Source: Eledone cirrhosa
Lineage: Eukaryota
Length of the DNA stretch: 64,000 nt
Direction of reading: 5' to 3'
Assembly: GCA_964016885.1 (NCBI GenBank)
Contig: OZ024758.1
Coordinates: 35,650,001-35,714,000 of the forward strand
How positions within the stretch are numbered: position 1 is the stretch's first letter; every line of letters begins with the position of its first letter. Below, piece by piece: positions 13,101 through 27,400 of this stretch. Under the pieces are notes generated by a model that did no database searches, was not told the origin of the DNA, and worked only from the letters and a program-made list of their open reading frames with translations. Both the position numbers and the translations under genes were made by a program.

Positions 13101-16100
13101 AAGTAACTCCACTGTTGGTGAGAATTCATTTAAGTCATGGTATTAGTTGTCAGAAGTAACTCCAATGTTGGTGAGAATTCATTTAAGTTCATGGTATTAG
13201 CTGTCAGAAGGAACTCCACTGTTGGTGAGAATTCATTTAAGTTCATGGTATTAGCTGTCAGAAGGAACTCCAATGTTGGTGAGAATTCATTTAAGTCATG
13301 GTACTAGCTGTCAGAAGTAACTCCACTGTTGGTGAGAATTCATTTACGTTCATGGTATTAGCTGTCAGAAGGAACGCCACTGTTGGTGAGAATTCATTTA
13401 AGTTCATGGTATTAGCTGTCAGAAGTAACTCCACTGTTGGTGAGAATTCATTTAAGTTCATGGTACTAGCTGTCAGAAGTAACTCCAATGTTGGTGAGAA
13501 TTCATTTAAGTTCATGGTATTAGCTGTCAGAAGGAACTCCACTGTTGGTGAGAATTCATTTAAGTTCATGGTATTAGCTGTCAGAAGTAACTCCACTGTT
13601 GGTGAGAATTCATTTAAGTTCATGGTATTAGCTGTCAGAAGTCACTCCAATGTTGGTGAGAATTCATTTAAGTTCATGGTATTAGCTGTCAGAAGTCACT
13701 CCACTATTGGTGAGAATTCATTTAAGTTCATGGTACTAGCTGTCCGAAGTAACCCCAATGTTGGTGAGAATTCGTTTAAGTTCATGGTATTAGCTGTCAG
13801 AAGTCACTCCAATGTTGGTGAGAATTCATTTAAGTTCATGGTATTAGCTGTCAGAAGTAACTCCACTGTTGGTGAGAATTCATTTAAGTTCATGGTATTA
13901 GCTGTCAGAAGTAACTCCACTGTTGGTGAGAATTCATTTAAGTTCATGGTATTAGCTGTCAGAAGGAACTCCACTGTTGGTGAGAATTCATTTAAGTTCA
14001 TGGTACTAGCTGTCAGAAGTAACTCCACTGTTGGTGAGAATTCATTTAAGTTCATGGTATTAGTTTGTCAGAAGTAACTCCACTGTTGGTGAGAATTCAT
14101 TTAAGTCATGGTATTAGTTGTCAGAAGTAACTCCAATTTTGGTGAGAATTCATTTAAGCCATGGTACTAGCTGTCAGAAGTAACTCCAATGTTGGTGAGA
14201 ATTCATTTAAGTTCATGGTATTAGCTGTCAGAACGAACTCCACTGTTGGTGAGAATTCATTTAAGTTCATGGTATTAGCTGTCAGAAGTAACTCCACTGT
14301 TGGTGAGAATTCATTTAAGTTCAGGGTACTAGCTGTCAGAAGTAACTCCAATGTTGGTGAGAATTCATTTAAGTTCATGGTATTAGCTGTCAGAAGGAAC
14401 TCCACTGTTGGTGAGAATTCATTTAAGTCATGGTACTAGCTGTCAGAAGTAACTCCACTGTTGGTGAGAATTCATTTAAGTTCATGGTATTAGCTGACTG
14501 AAGGAACGCCACTGTTGGTGAGAATTCATTTAAGTTCATGGTATTAGCTGTCAGAAGTAACTCCACTGTTGGTGAGAATTCATTTAAGTTCATGGTACTA
14601 GCTGTCAGAAGTAACTCCAATGTTGGTGAGAATTCATTTAAGTTCATGGTATTAGCTGTCAGAAGGAACTCCACTGTTGCTGAGAATTCATTTAAGTACA
14701 TGGTATTAGCTGTCAGAAGTAACTCCACTGTTGGTGAGAATTCATTTAAGTTCATGGTACTAGCTGTCAGAAGTAACTCCACTGTTGGTGAGAATTCATT
14801 TAAGTTCATGGTATTAGCTGTCAGAAGTCACTCCAATGTTGGTGAGAATTCATTTAAGTTCATGGTATTAGCTGTCAGAAGTCACTCCACTGTTGGTGAG
14901 AATTCATTTAAGTTCATGGTACTAGCTGTCCGAAGTAACCCCAATGTTGGTGAGAATTCATTTAAGTTCATGGTATTAGCTGTCAGAAGTCACTCCAATG
15001 TTGGTGAGAATTCATTTAAGTTCATGGTATTAGCTGTCAGAAGGAACTCCACTGTTGGTGAGAATTCATTTAAGTTCATGGTACTAGCTGTCAGAAGTAA
15101 CTCCACTGTTGGTGAGAATTCATTTAAGTTCATGGTATTAGTTTGTCAGAAGTAACTCCACTGTTGGTGAGAATTCATTTAAGTCATGGTATTAGTTGTC
15201 AGAAGTAACTCCAATGTTGGTGAGAATTCATTTAAGCCATGGTACCAGCTGTCAGAAGTAACTCCAATGTTGGTGAGAATTCATTTAAGTTCATGGTATT
15301 AGCTGTCAGAAGGAACTCCACTGTTGGTGAGAATTCATTTAAGTTCATGGTATTAGCTGTCAGAAGTAACTCCACTGTTGGTGAGAATTCATTTAAGTTC
15401 ATGGTACTAGCTGTCAGAAGTAACTCCAATGTTGGTGAGAATTCATTTAAGTTCATGGTATTAGCTGTCAGAAGTAACTCCACTGTTGGTGAGAGTTCAT
15501 TTAAGTCATGGTATTAGCTGTCAGAAGTAACTCCAATGTTGGTGAGAATTCATTTAAGTTCATGGTATTAGCTGTCAGAAGTAACTCCACTGTTGGTGAG
15601 AATTTATTTAAGTTCATGGTATTAGCTGTCAGAAGTAACTCCACTGTTGGTGAGAATTCATTTAAGTTCATGGTACTAGCTGTCAGAAGTAACTCCACTG
15701 TTGGTGAGAATTCATTTAAGTTCATGGTATTAGTTTGTCAGAAGTAACTCCACTGTTGGTGAGAATTCATTTAAGTCATGGTATTAGTTGTCAGAAGTAA
15801 CTCCAATGTTGGTGAGAATTCATTTAAGTTCATGGTATTAGCTGTCAGAAGGAACTCCACTGTTGGTGAGAATTCATTTAAGTTCATGGTATTAGCTGTC
15901 AGAAGGAACTCCAATGTTGGTGAGAATTCATTTAAGTCATGGTACTAGCTGTCAGAAGTAACTCCACTGTTGGTGAGAATTCATTTAAGTTCATGGTGTT
16001 AGCTGTCAGAAGGAACGCCACTGTTGGTGAGAATTCATTTAAGTTCATGGTATTAGCTGTCAGAAGTAACTCCACTGTTGGTGAGAATTCATTTAAGTTC

Positions 16101-17014
16101 ATGGTACTAGCTGTCAGAAGTAACTCCAATGTTGGTGAGAATTCATTTAAGTTCATGGTATTAGCTGTCAGAAGGAACTCCACTGTTGGTGAGAATTCAT
16201 TTAAGTTCATGGTATTAGCTGTCAGAAGTAACTCCACTGTTGGTGAGAATTCATTTAAGTTCATGGTATTAGCTGTCAGAAGTCACTCCAATGTTGGTGA
16301 GAATTCATTTAAGTTCATGGTATTAGCTGTCAGAAGTCACTCCACTGTTGGTGAGAATTCATTTAAGTTCATGGTACTAGCTGTCCGAAGTAACCCCAAT
16401 GTTGGTGAGAATTCATTTAAGTTCATGGTATTAGCTGTCAGAAGTAACTCCACTGTTGGTGAGAATTCATTTAAGTTCATGGTATTAGCTGTCAGAAGGA
16501 ACTCCACTGTTGGTGAGAATTCATTTAAGTTATGGTATTAGTTGTCAGAAGTAACTCCAATGTTGGTGAGAATTCATTTAAGCCATGGTACTAGCTGTCA
16601 GAAGTAACTCCAATGTTGGTGAGAATTCATTTAAGTTCATGGTATTAGCTGTCAGAACGAACTCCACTGTTGGTGAGAATTGATTTAAGTTCATGGTATT
16701 AGCTGTCAGAAGTAACTCCACTGTTGGTGAGAATTCATTTAAGTTCAGGGTACTAGCTGTCAGAAGTAACTCCAATGTTGTTGAGAATTCATTTAAGTTC
16801 ATGGTATTAGCTGTCAGAAGGAACTCCACTGTTGGTGAGAATTCATTTAAGTTCATGGTATTAGCTGTCAGAAGTAACTCCACTGTTGGTGAGAATTCAT
16901 TTAAGTCATGGTACTAGCTGTCAGAAGTAACTCCAATGTTGGTGAGAATTCATTTAAGTCATGGTACTAGCTGTCAGAAGTAACTCCACTGTTGGTGAGA
17001 ATTCATTTAAGTTC

Positions 17015-19386
17015 ATGGTATTAGCTGTCAGAAGGAACGCCACTGTTGGTGAGAATTCATTTAAGTTCATGGTATTAGCTGTCAGAAGTAACTCCACTGT
17101 TGGTGAGAATTCATTTAAGTTCATGGTATTAGCTGTCAGAAGGAACTCCAATGTTGGTGAGAATTCATTTAAGTCATGGTACTAGCTGTCAGAAGTAACT
17201 CCACTGTTGGTGAGAATTCATTTAAGTTCATGGTATTAGCTGACAGAAGGAACGCCACTGTTGGTGAGAATTCATTTAAGTTCATGGTATTAGCTGTCAG
17301 AAGTAACTCCACTGTTGGTGAGAATTCATTTAAGTTCATGGTACTAGCTGTCAGAAGTAACTCCAATGTTGGTGAGAATTCATTTAAGTTCATGGTATTA
17401 GCTGTCAGAAGGAACTCCACTGTTGCTGAGAATTCATTTAAGTACATGGTATTAGCTGTCAGAAGTAACTCCACTGTTGGTGAGAATTCATTTAAGTTCA
17501 TGGTACTAGCTGTCAGAAGTAACTCCACTGTTGGTGAGAATTCATTTAAGTTCATGGTATTAGCTGTCAGAAGTCACTCCAATGTTGGTGAGAATTCATT
17601 TAAGTTCATGGTATTAGCTGTCAGAAGTCACTCCACTGTTGGTGAGAATTCATTTAAGTTCATGGTACTAGCTGTCCGAAGTAACCCCAATGTTGGTGAG
17701 AATTCATTTAAGTTCATGGTATTAGCTGTCAGAAGTCACTCCAATGTTGGTGAGAATTCATTTAAGTTCATGGTATTAGCTGTCAGAAGTAACTCCACTG
17801 TTGGTGAGAATTCATTTAAGTTCATGGTATTAGCTGTCAGAAGTAACTCCACTGTTGGTGAGAATTCATTTAAGTTCATGGTATTAGCTGTCAGAAGGAA
17901 CTCCACTGTTGGTGAGAATTCATTTAAGTTCATGGTACTAGCTGTCAGAAGTAACTCCACTGTTGGTGAGAATTCATTTAAGTTCATGGTATTAGTTTGT
18001 CAGAAGTAACTCCACTGTTGGTGAGAATTCATTTAAGTCATGGTATTAGTTGTCAGAAGTAACTCCAATGTTGGTGAGAATTCATTTAAGCCATGGTACC
18101 AGCTGTCAGAAGTAACTCCAATGTTGGTGAGAATTCATTTAAGTTCATGGTATTAGCTGTCAGAAGGAACTCCACTGTTGGTGAGAATTCATTTAAGTTC
18201 ATGGTATTAGCTGTCAGAAGGAACGCCACTGTTGGTGAGAATTCATTTAAGTTCATGGTATTAGCTGTCAGAAGTAACTCCACTGTTGGTGAGAATTCAT
18301 TTAAGTTCATGGTATTAGCTGTCAGAAGGAACTCCAATGTTGGTGAGAATTCATTTAAGTCATGGTACTAGCTGTCAGAAGTAACTCCACTGTTGGTGAG
18401 AATTCATTTAAGTTCATGGTATTAGCTGACAGAAGGAACGCCACTGTTGGTGAGAATTCATTTAAGTTCATGGTATTAGCTGTCAGAAGTAACTCCACTG
18501 TTGGTGAGAATTCATTTAAGTTCATGGTACTAGCTGTCAGAAGTAACTCCAATGTTGGTGAGAATTCATTTAAGTTCATGGTATTAGCTGTCAGAAGGAA
18601 CTCCACTGTTGCTGAGAATTCATTTAAGTACATGGTATTAGCTGTCAGAAGTAACTCCACTGTTGGTGAGAATTCATTTAAGTTCATGGTACTAGCTGTC
18701 AGAAGTAACTCCACTGTTGGTGAGAATTCATTTAAGTTCATGGTATTAGCTGTCAGAAGTCACTCCAATGTTGGTGAGAATTCATTTAAGTTCATGGTAT
18801 TAGCTGTCAGAAGTCACTCCACTGTTGGTGAGAATTCATTTAAGTTCATGGTACTAGCTGTCCGAAGTAACCCCAATGTTGGTGAGAATTCATTTAAGTT
18901 CATGGTATTAGCTGTCAGAAGTCACTCCAATGTTGGTGAGAATTCATTTAAGTTCATGGTATTAGCTGTCAGAAGTAACTCCACTGTTGGTGAGAATTCA
19001 TTTAAGTTCATGGTATTAGCTGTCAGAAGTAACTCCACTGTTGGTGAGAATTCATTTAAGTTCATGGTATTAGCTGTCAGAAGGAACTCCACTGTTGGTG
19101 AGAATTCATTTAAGTTCATGGTACTAGCTGTCAGAAGTAACTCCACTGTTGGTGAGAATTCATTTAAGTTCATGGTATTAGTTTGTCAGAAGTAACTCCA
19201 CTGTTGGTGAGAATTCATTTAAGTCATGGTATTAGTTGTCAGAAGTAACTCCAATGTTGGTGAGAATTCATTTAAGCCATGGTACCAGCTGTCAGAAGTA
19301 ACTCCAATGTTGGTGAGAATTCATTTAAGTTCATGGTATTAGCTGTCAGAAGGAACTCCACTGTTGGTGAGAATTCATTTAAGTTC
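17015..19386. repeat. Tandem duplication of a 1186-bp (22-monomer) unit
   Basis: Identical variant order at offset 1186: 17015/18201, 17176/18362, 17662/18848, 18093/19279. Confidence 0.88.
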
Positions 19387-22300
19387 ATGGTATTAGCTGT
19401 CAGAGGTAACTCCACTGTTGGTGAGAATTCATTTAAGTTCATGGTACTAGCTGTCAGAAGTAACTCCAATGTTGGTGAGAATTCATTTAAGTTCATGGTA
19501 TTAGCTGTCAGAAGTAACTCCACTGTTGGTGAGAGTTCATTTAAGTCATGGTATTAGCTGTCAGAAGTAACTCCAATGTTGGTGAGAATTCATTTAAGTT
19601 CATGGTATTAGCTGTCAGAAGTAACTCCACTGTTGGTGAGAATTTATTTAAGTTCATGGTATTAGCTGTCAGAAGTAACTCCACTGTTGGTGAGAATTCA
19701 TTTAAGTTCATGGTACTAGCTGTCAGAAGTAACTCCACTGTTGGTGAGAATTCATTTAAGTTCATGGTATTAGTTTGTCAGAAGTAACTCCACTGTTGGT
19801 GAGAATTCATTTAAGTCATGGTATTAGTTGTCAGAAGTAACTCCAATGTTGGTGAGAATTCATTTAAGTTCATGGTATTAGCTGTCAGAAGGAACTCCAC
19901 TGTTGGTGAGAATTCATTTAAGTTCATGGTATTAGCTGTCAGAAGGAACTCCAATGTTGGTGAGAATTCATTTAAGTCATGGTACTAGCTGTCAGAAGTA
20001 ACTCCACTGTTGGTGAGAATTCATTTAAGTTCATGGTGTTAGCTGTCAGAAGGAACGCCACTGTTGGTGAGAATTCATTTAAGTTCATGGTATTAGCTGT
20101 CAGAAGTAACTCCACTGTTGGTGAGAATTCATTTAAGTTCATGGTACTAGCTGTCAGAAGTAACTCCAATGTTGGTGAGAATTCATTTAAGTTCATGGTA
20201 TTAGCTGTCAGAAGGAACTCCACTGTTGGTGAGAATTCATTTAAGTTCATGGTATTAGCTGTCAGAAGTAACTCCACTGTTGGTGAGAATTCATTTAAGT
20301 TCATGGTATTAGCTGTCAGAAGTCACTCCAATGTTGGTGAGAATTCATTTAAGTTCATGGTATTAGCTGTCAGAAGTCACTCCACTGTTGGTGAGAATTC
20401 ATTTAAGTTCATGGTACTAGCTGTCCGAAGTAACCCCAATGTTGGTGAGAATTCATTTAAGTTCATGGTATTAGCTGTCAGAAGTAACTCCACTGTTGGT
20501 GAGAATTCATTTAAGTTCATGGTATTAGCTGTCAGAAGGAACTCCACTGTTGGTGAGAATTCATTTAAGTTATGGTATTAGTTGTCAGAAGTAACTCCAA
20601 TGTTGGTGAGAATTCATTTAAGCCATGGTACTAGCTGTCAGAAGTAACTCCAATGTTGGTGAGAATTCATTTAAGTTCATGGTATTAGCTGTCAGAACGA
20701 ACTCCACTGTTGGTGAGAATTCATTTAAGTTCATGGTATTAGCTGTCAGAAGTAACTCCACTGTTGGTGAGAATTCATTTAAGTTCAGGGTACTAGCTGT
20801 CAGAAGTAACTCCAATGTTGGTGAGAATTCATTTAAGTTCATGGTATTAGCTGTCAGAAGGAACTCCACTGTTGGTGAGAATTCATTTAAGTTCATGGTA
20901 TTAGCTGTCAGAAGTAACTCCACTGTTGGTGAGAATTCATTTAAGTCATGGTACTAGCTGTCAGAAGTAACTCCAATGTTGGTGAGAATTCATTTAAGTC
21001 ATGGTACTAGCTGTCAGAAGTAACTCCAATGTTGGTGAGAATTCATTTAAGTTCATGGTATTAGCTGTCAGAAGGAACTCCACTGTTGGTGAGAATTCAT
21101 TTAAGTTCATGGTATTAGCTGTCAGAAGTAACTCCACTGTTGGTGAGAATTCATTTAAGTTCATGGTATTAGCTGTCAGAAGTAACTCCACTGTTGGTGA
21201 GAATTCATTTAAGTTCATGGTATTAGCTGTCAGAAGTAACTCCACTGTTGGTGAGAATTCATTTAAGTTTATGGTACTAGCTGTAAGAAGTAACTCCACT
21301 GTTGGTGAGAGTTCATTTAAGTCATGGTATTAGCTGTCAGAAGTAACTCCAATGTTGGTGAGAATTCATTTAAGTTCATGGTATTAGCTGTCAGAAGTAA
21401 CTCCACTGTTGGTGAGAATTCATTTAAGTTCATGGTATTAGCTGTCAGAAGTAACTCCACTGTTGGTGAGAATTCATTTAAGTTCATGGTACTAGCTGTC
21501 AGAAGTAACTCCACTGTTGGTGAGAATTCATTTAAGTTCATGGTATTAGTTTGTCAGAAGTAACTCCACTGTTGGTGAGAATTCATTTAAGTCATGGTAT
21601 TAGTTGTCAGAAGTAACTCCAATGTTGGTGAGAATTCATTTAAGTTCATGGTATTAGCTGTCAGAAGGAACTCCACTGTTGGTGAGAATTCATTTAAGTT
21701 CATGGTATTAGCTGTCAGAAGGAACTCCAATGTTGGTGAGAATTCATTTAAGTCATGGTACTAGCTGTCAGAAGTAACTCCACTGTTGGTGAGAATTCAT
21801 TTAAGTTCATGGTATTAGCTGTCAGAAGGAACGCCACTGTTGGTGAGAATTCATTTAAGTTCATGGTATTAGCTGTCAGAAGTAACTCCACTGTTGGTGA
21901 GAATTCATTTAAGTTCATGGTACTAGCTGTCAGAAGTAACTCCAATGTTGGTGAGAATTCATTTAAGTTCATGGTATTAGCTGTCAGAAGGAACTCCACT
22001 GTTGGTGAGAATTCATTTAAGTTCATGGTATTAGCTGTCAGAAGTAACTCCACTGTTGGTGAGAATTCATTTAAGTTCATGGTATTAGCTGTCAGAAGTC
22101 ACTCCAATGTTGGTGAGAATTCATTTAAGTTCATGGTATTAGCTGTCAGAAGTCACTCCACTGTTGGTGAGAATTCATTTAAGTTCATGGTACTAGCTGT
22201 CCGAAGTAACCCCAATGTTGGTGAGAATTCATTTAAGTTCATGGTATTAGCTGTCAGAAGTCACTCCAATGTTGGTGAGAATTCATTTAAGTTCATGGTA

Positions 22301-24447
22301 TTAGCTGTCAGAAGTAACTCCACTGTTGGTGAGAATTCATTTAAGTTCATGGTATTAGCTGTCAGAAGTAACTCCACTGTTGGTGAGAATTCACTTAAGT
22401 TCATGGTATTAGCTGTCAGAAGGAACTCCACTGTTGGTGAGAATTCATTTAAGTTCATGGTACTAGCTGTCAGAAGTAACTCCACTGTTGGTGAGAATTC
22501 ATTTAAGTTCATGGTACTAGCTGTCAGAAGTAACTCCAATGTTGGTGAGAATTCATTTAAGTTCATGGTATTAGCTGTCAGAAGTAACTCCACTGTTGGT
22601 GAGAGTTCATTTAAGTCATGGTATTAGCTGTCAGAAGTAACTCCAATGTTGGTGAGAATTCATTTAAGTTCATGGTATTAGCTATCAGAAGGAACGCCAC
22701 TGTTGGTGAGAATTCATTTAAGTTCATGGTATTAGCTGTCAGAAGTAACTCCACTGTTGGTGAGAATTCATTTAAGTTCATGGTACTAGCTGTCAGAAGT
22801 AACTCCAATGTTGGTGAGAATTCATTTAAGTTCATGGTATTAGCTGTCAGAAGAAACTCCACTGTTGGTGAGAATTCATTTAAGTTCATGGTATTAGCTG
22901 TCAGAAGTAACTCCACTGTTGGTGAGAATTCATTTAAGTCATGGTATTAGCTGTCAGAAGTAACTCCATTGTTGGTGAGAATTCATTTAAGTCATGGTAC
23001 TAGCTGTCAGAAGTAACTCCAATGTTGGTGAGAATTCATTTAAGTCATGGTACTAGCTGTCAGAAGTAACTCCAATGTTGGTGAGAATTCATTTAAGTTC
23101 ATGGTATTAGCTGTCAGAAGGAACTCCACTGTTGGTGAGAATTCATTTAAGTTCATGGTATTAGCTGTCAGAAGTAACTCCACTGTTGGTGAGAATTCAT
23201 TTAAGTTCATGGTATTAGCTGTCAGAAGTAACTCCACTGTTGGTGAGAATTCATTTAAGTTCATGGTACTAGCTGTCAGAAGTAACTCCAATGTTGGTGA
23301 GAATTCATTTAAGTTCATGGTATTAGCTGTCAGAAGTAACTCCACTGTTGGTGAGAATTCATTTAAGTCATGGTATTAGCTGTCAGAAGTAACTCCAATG
23401 TTGGTGAGAATTCATTTAAGTTCATGGTACTAGCTGTCAGAAGTAACTCCAATGTTGGTGAGAATTCATTTAAGTTCATGGTATTAGCTGTCAGAAGGAA
23501 CTCCACTGTTGCTGAAAATTCATTTAAGTTCATGGTATTAGCTGTCAGAAGTAACTCCACTGTTGGTGAGAATTCATTTAAGTTCATGGTACTAGCTGTC
23601 AGAAGTAACTCCACTGTTGGTGAGAATTCATTTAAGTTCATGGTATTAGCTATCAGAAGTCACTCCAATGTTGGTGAGAATTCATTTAAGTTCATGGTAT
23701 TAGCTGTCAGAAGTCACTCCACTGTTGGTGAGAATTCATTTAAGTTCATGGTACTAGCTGTCCGAAGTAACCCCAATGTTGGTGAGAATTCATTTAAGTT
23801 CATGGTATTAGCTGTCAGAAGTCACTCCAATGTTGGTGAGAATTCATTTAAGTTCATGGTATTAGCTGTCAGAAGTAACTCCACTGTTGGTGAGAATTCA
23901 TTTAAGTTCATGGTATTAGCTGTCAGAAGTAACTCCACTGTTGGTGAGAATTCATTTAAGTTCATGGTATTAGCTGTCAGAAGGAACTCCACTGTTGGTG
24001 AGAATTCATTTAAGTTCATGGTACTAGCTGTCAGAAGTAACTCCACTGTTGGTGAGAATTCATTTAAGTTCATGGTATTAGTTTGTCAGAAGTAACTCCA
24101 CTGTTGGTGAGAATTCATTTAAGTCATGGTATTAGTTGTCAGAAGTAACTCCAATGTTGGTGAGAATTCATTTAAGCCATGGTACTAGCTGTAAGAAGTA
24201 ACTCCAATGTTGGTGAGAATTCATTTAAGTTCATGGTATTAGCTGTCAGAAGGAACTCCACTGTTGGTGAGAATTCATTTAAGTTCATGGTATTAGCTGT
24301 CAGAAGTAACTCCACTGTTGGTGAGAATTCATTTAAGTTCATGGTACTAGCTGTCAGAAGTAACTCCAATGTTGGTGAGAATTCATTTAAGTTCATGGTA
24401 TTAGCTGTCAGAAGTAACTCCACTGTTGGTGAGAGTTCATTTAAGTC

Positions 24448-27400
24448 ATGGTATTAGCTGTCAGAAGTAACTCAAATGTTGGTGAGAATTCATTTAAGTT
24501 CATGGTATTAGCTGTCAGAAGTAACTCCACTGTTGGTGAGAATTCATTTAAGTTCATGGTATTAGCTGTCAGAAGTAACTCCACTGTTGGTGAGAATTCA
24601 TTTAAGTTCATGGTACTAGCTGTCAGAAGTAACTCCACTGTTGGTGAGAATTCATTTAAGTTCATGGTATTAGTTTGTCAGAAGTAACTCCACTGTTGGT
24701 GAGAATTCATTTAAGTCATGGTATTAGTTGTCAGAAGTAACTCCAATGTTGGTGAGAATTCATTTAAGTTCATGGTATTAGCTGTCAGAAGGAACTCCAC
24801 TGTTGGTGAGAATTCATTTAAGTTCATGGTATTAGCTGTCAGAAGGAACTCCAATGTTGGTGAGAATTCATTTAAGTCATGGTACTAGCTGTCAGAAGTA
24901 ACTCCACTGTTGGTGAGAATTCATTTAAGTTCATGGTATTAGCTGTCAGAAGGAACGCCACTGTTGGTGAGAATTCATTTAAGTTCATGGTATTAGCTGT
25001 CAGAAGTAACTCCACTGTTGGTGAGAATTCATTTAAGTTCATGGTACTAGCTGTCAGAAGTAACACCAATGTTGGTGAGAATTCATTTAAGTTCATGGTA
25101 TTAGCTGTCAGAAGGAACTCCACTGTTGGTGAGAATTCATTTAAGTTCATGGTATTAGCTGTCAGAAGTAACTCCACTGTTGGTGAGAATTCATTTAAGT
25201 TCATGGTATTAGCTGTCAGAAGTCACTCCAATGTTGGTGAGAATTCATTTAAGTTCATGGTATTAGCTGTCAGAAGTCACTCCACTATTGGTGAGAATTC
25301 ATTTAAGTTCATGGTACTAGCTGTCCGAAGTAACCCCAATGTTGGTGAGAATTCGTTTAAGTTCATGGTATTAGCTGTCAGAAGTCACTCCAATGTTGGT
25401 GAGAATTCATTTAAGTTCATGGTATTAGCTGTCAGAAGTAACTCCACTGTTGGTGAGAATTCATTTAAGTTCATGGTATTAGTTTGTCAGAAGTAACTCC
25501 ACTGTTGGTGAGAATTCATTTAAGTCATGGTATTAGTTGTCAGAAGTAACTCCAATTTTGGTGAGAATTCATTTAAGCCATGGTACTAGCTGTCAGAAAT
25601 AACTCCAATGTTGGTGAGAATTCATTTAAGTTCATGGTATTAGCTGTCAGAACGAACTCCACTGTTGGTGAGAATTCATTTAAGTTCATGGTATTAGCTG
25701 TCAGAAGTAACTCCACTGTTGGTGAGAATTCATTTAAGTTCAGGGTACTAGCTGTCAGAAGTAACTCCAATGTTGGTGAGAATTCATTTAAGTTCATGGT
25801 ATTAGCTGTCAGAAGGAACTCCACTGTTGGTGAGAATTCATTTAAGTCATGGTACTAGCTGTCAGAAGTAACTCCACTGTTGGTGAGAATTCATTTAAGT
25901 TCATGGTATTAGCTGACTGAAGGAACGCCACTGTTGGTGAGAATTCATTTAAGTTCATGGTATTAGCTGTCAGAAGTAACTCCACTGTTGGTGAGAATTC
26001 ATTTAAGTTCATGGTACTAGCTGTCAGAAGTAACTCCAATGTTGGTGAGAATTCATTTAAGTTCATGGTATTAGCTGTCAGAAGGAACTCCACTGTTGCT
26101 GAGAATTCATTTAAGTACATGGTATTAGCTGTCAGAAGTAACTCCACTGTTGGTGAGAATTCATTTAAGTTCATGGTACTAGCTGTCAGAAGTAACTCCA
26201 CTGTTGGTGAGAATTCATTTAAGTTCATGGTATTAGCTGTCAGAAGTCACTCCAATGTTGGTGAGAATTCATTTAAGTTCATGGTATTAGCTGTCAGAAG
26301 TCACTCCACTGTTGGTGAGAATTCATTTAAGTTCATGGTACTAGCTGTCCGAAGTAACCCCAATGTTGGTGAGAATTCATTTAAGTTCATGGTATTAGCT
26401 GTCAGAAGTCACTCCAATGTTGGTGAGAATTCATTTAAGTTCATGGTATTAGCTGTCAGAAGTAACTCCACTGTTGGTGAGAATTCATTTAAGTTCATGG
26501 TATTAGCTGTCAGAAGTAACTCCCCTGTTGGTGAGAATTCATTTAAGTTCATGGTATTAGCTGTCAGAAGGAACTCCACTGTTGGTGAGAATTCATTTAA
26601 GTTCATGGTACTAGCTGTCAGAAGTAACTCCACTGTTGGTGAGAATTCATTTAAGTTCATGGTATTAGTTTGTCAGAAGTAACTCCACTGTTGGTGAGAA
26701 TTCATTTAAGTCATGGTATTAGTTGTCAGAAGTAACTCCAATGTTGGTGAGAATTCATTTAAGCCATGGTACCAGCTGTCAGAAGTAACTCCAATGTTGG
26801 TGAGAATTCATTTAAGTTCATGGTATTAGCTGTCAGAAGTAACTCAAATGTTGGTGAGAATTCATTTAAGTTCATGGTATTAGCTGTCAGAAGTAACTCC
26901 ACTGTTGGTGAGAATTCATTTAAGTTCATGGTATTAGCTGTCAGAAGTAACTCCACTGTTGGTGAGAATTCATTTAAGTTCATGGTACTAGCTGTCAGAA
27001 GTAACTCCACTGTTGGTGAGAATTCATTTAAGTTCATGGTATTAGTTTGTCAGAAGTAACTCCACTGTTGGTGAGAATTCATTTAAGTCATGGTATTAGT
27101 TGTCAGAAGTAACTCCAATGTTGGTGAGAATTCATTTAAGTTCATGGTATTAGCTGTCAGAAGGAACTCCACTGTTGGTGAGAATTCATTTAAGTTCATG
27201 GTATTAGCTGTCAGAAGGAACTCCAATGTTGGTGAGAATTCATTTAAGTCATGGTACTAGCTGTCAGAAGTAACTCCACTGTTGGTGAGAATTCATTTAA
27301 GTTCATGGTATTAGCTGTCAGAAGGAACGCCACTGTTGGTGAGAATTCATTTAAGTTCATGGTATTAGCTGTCAGAAGTAACTCCACTGTTGGTGAGAAT

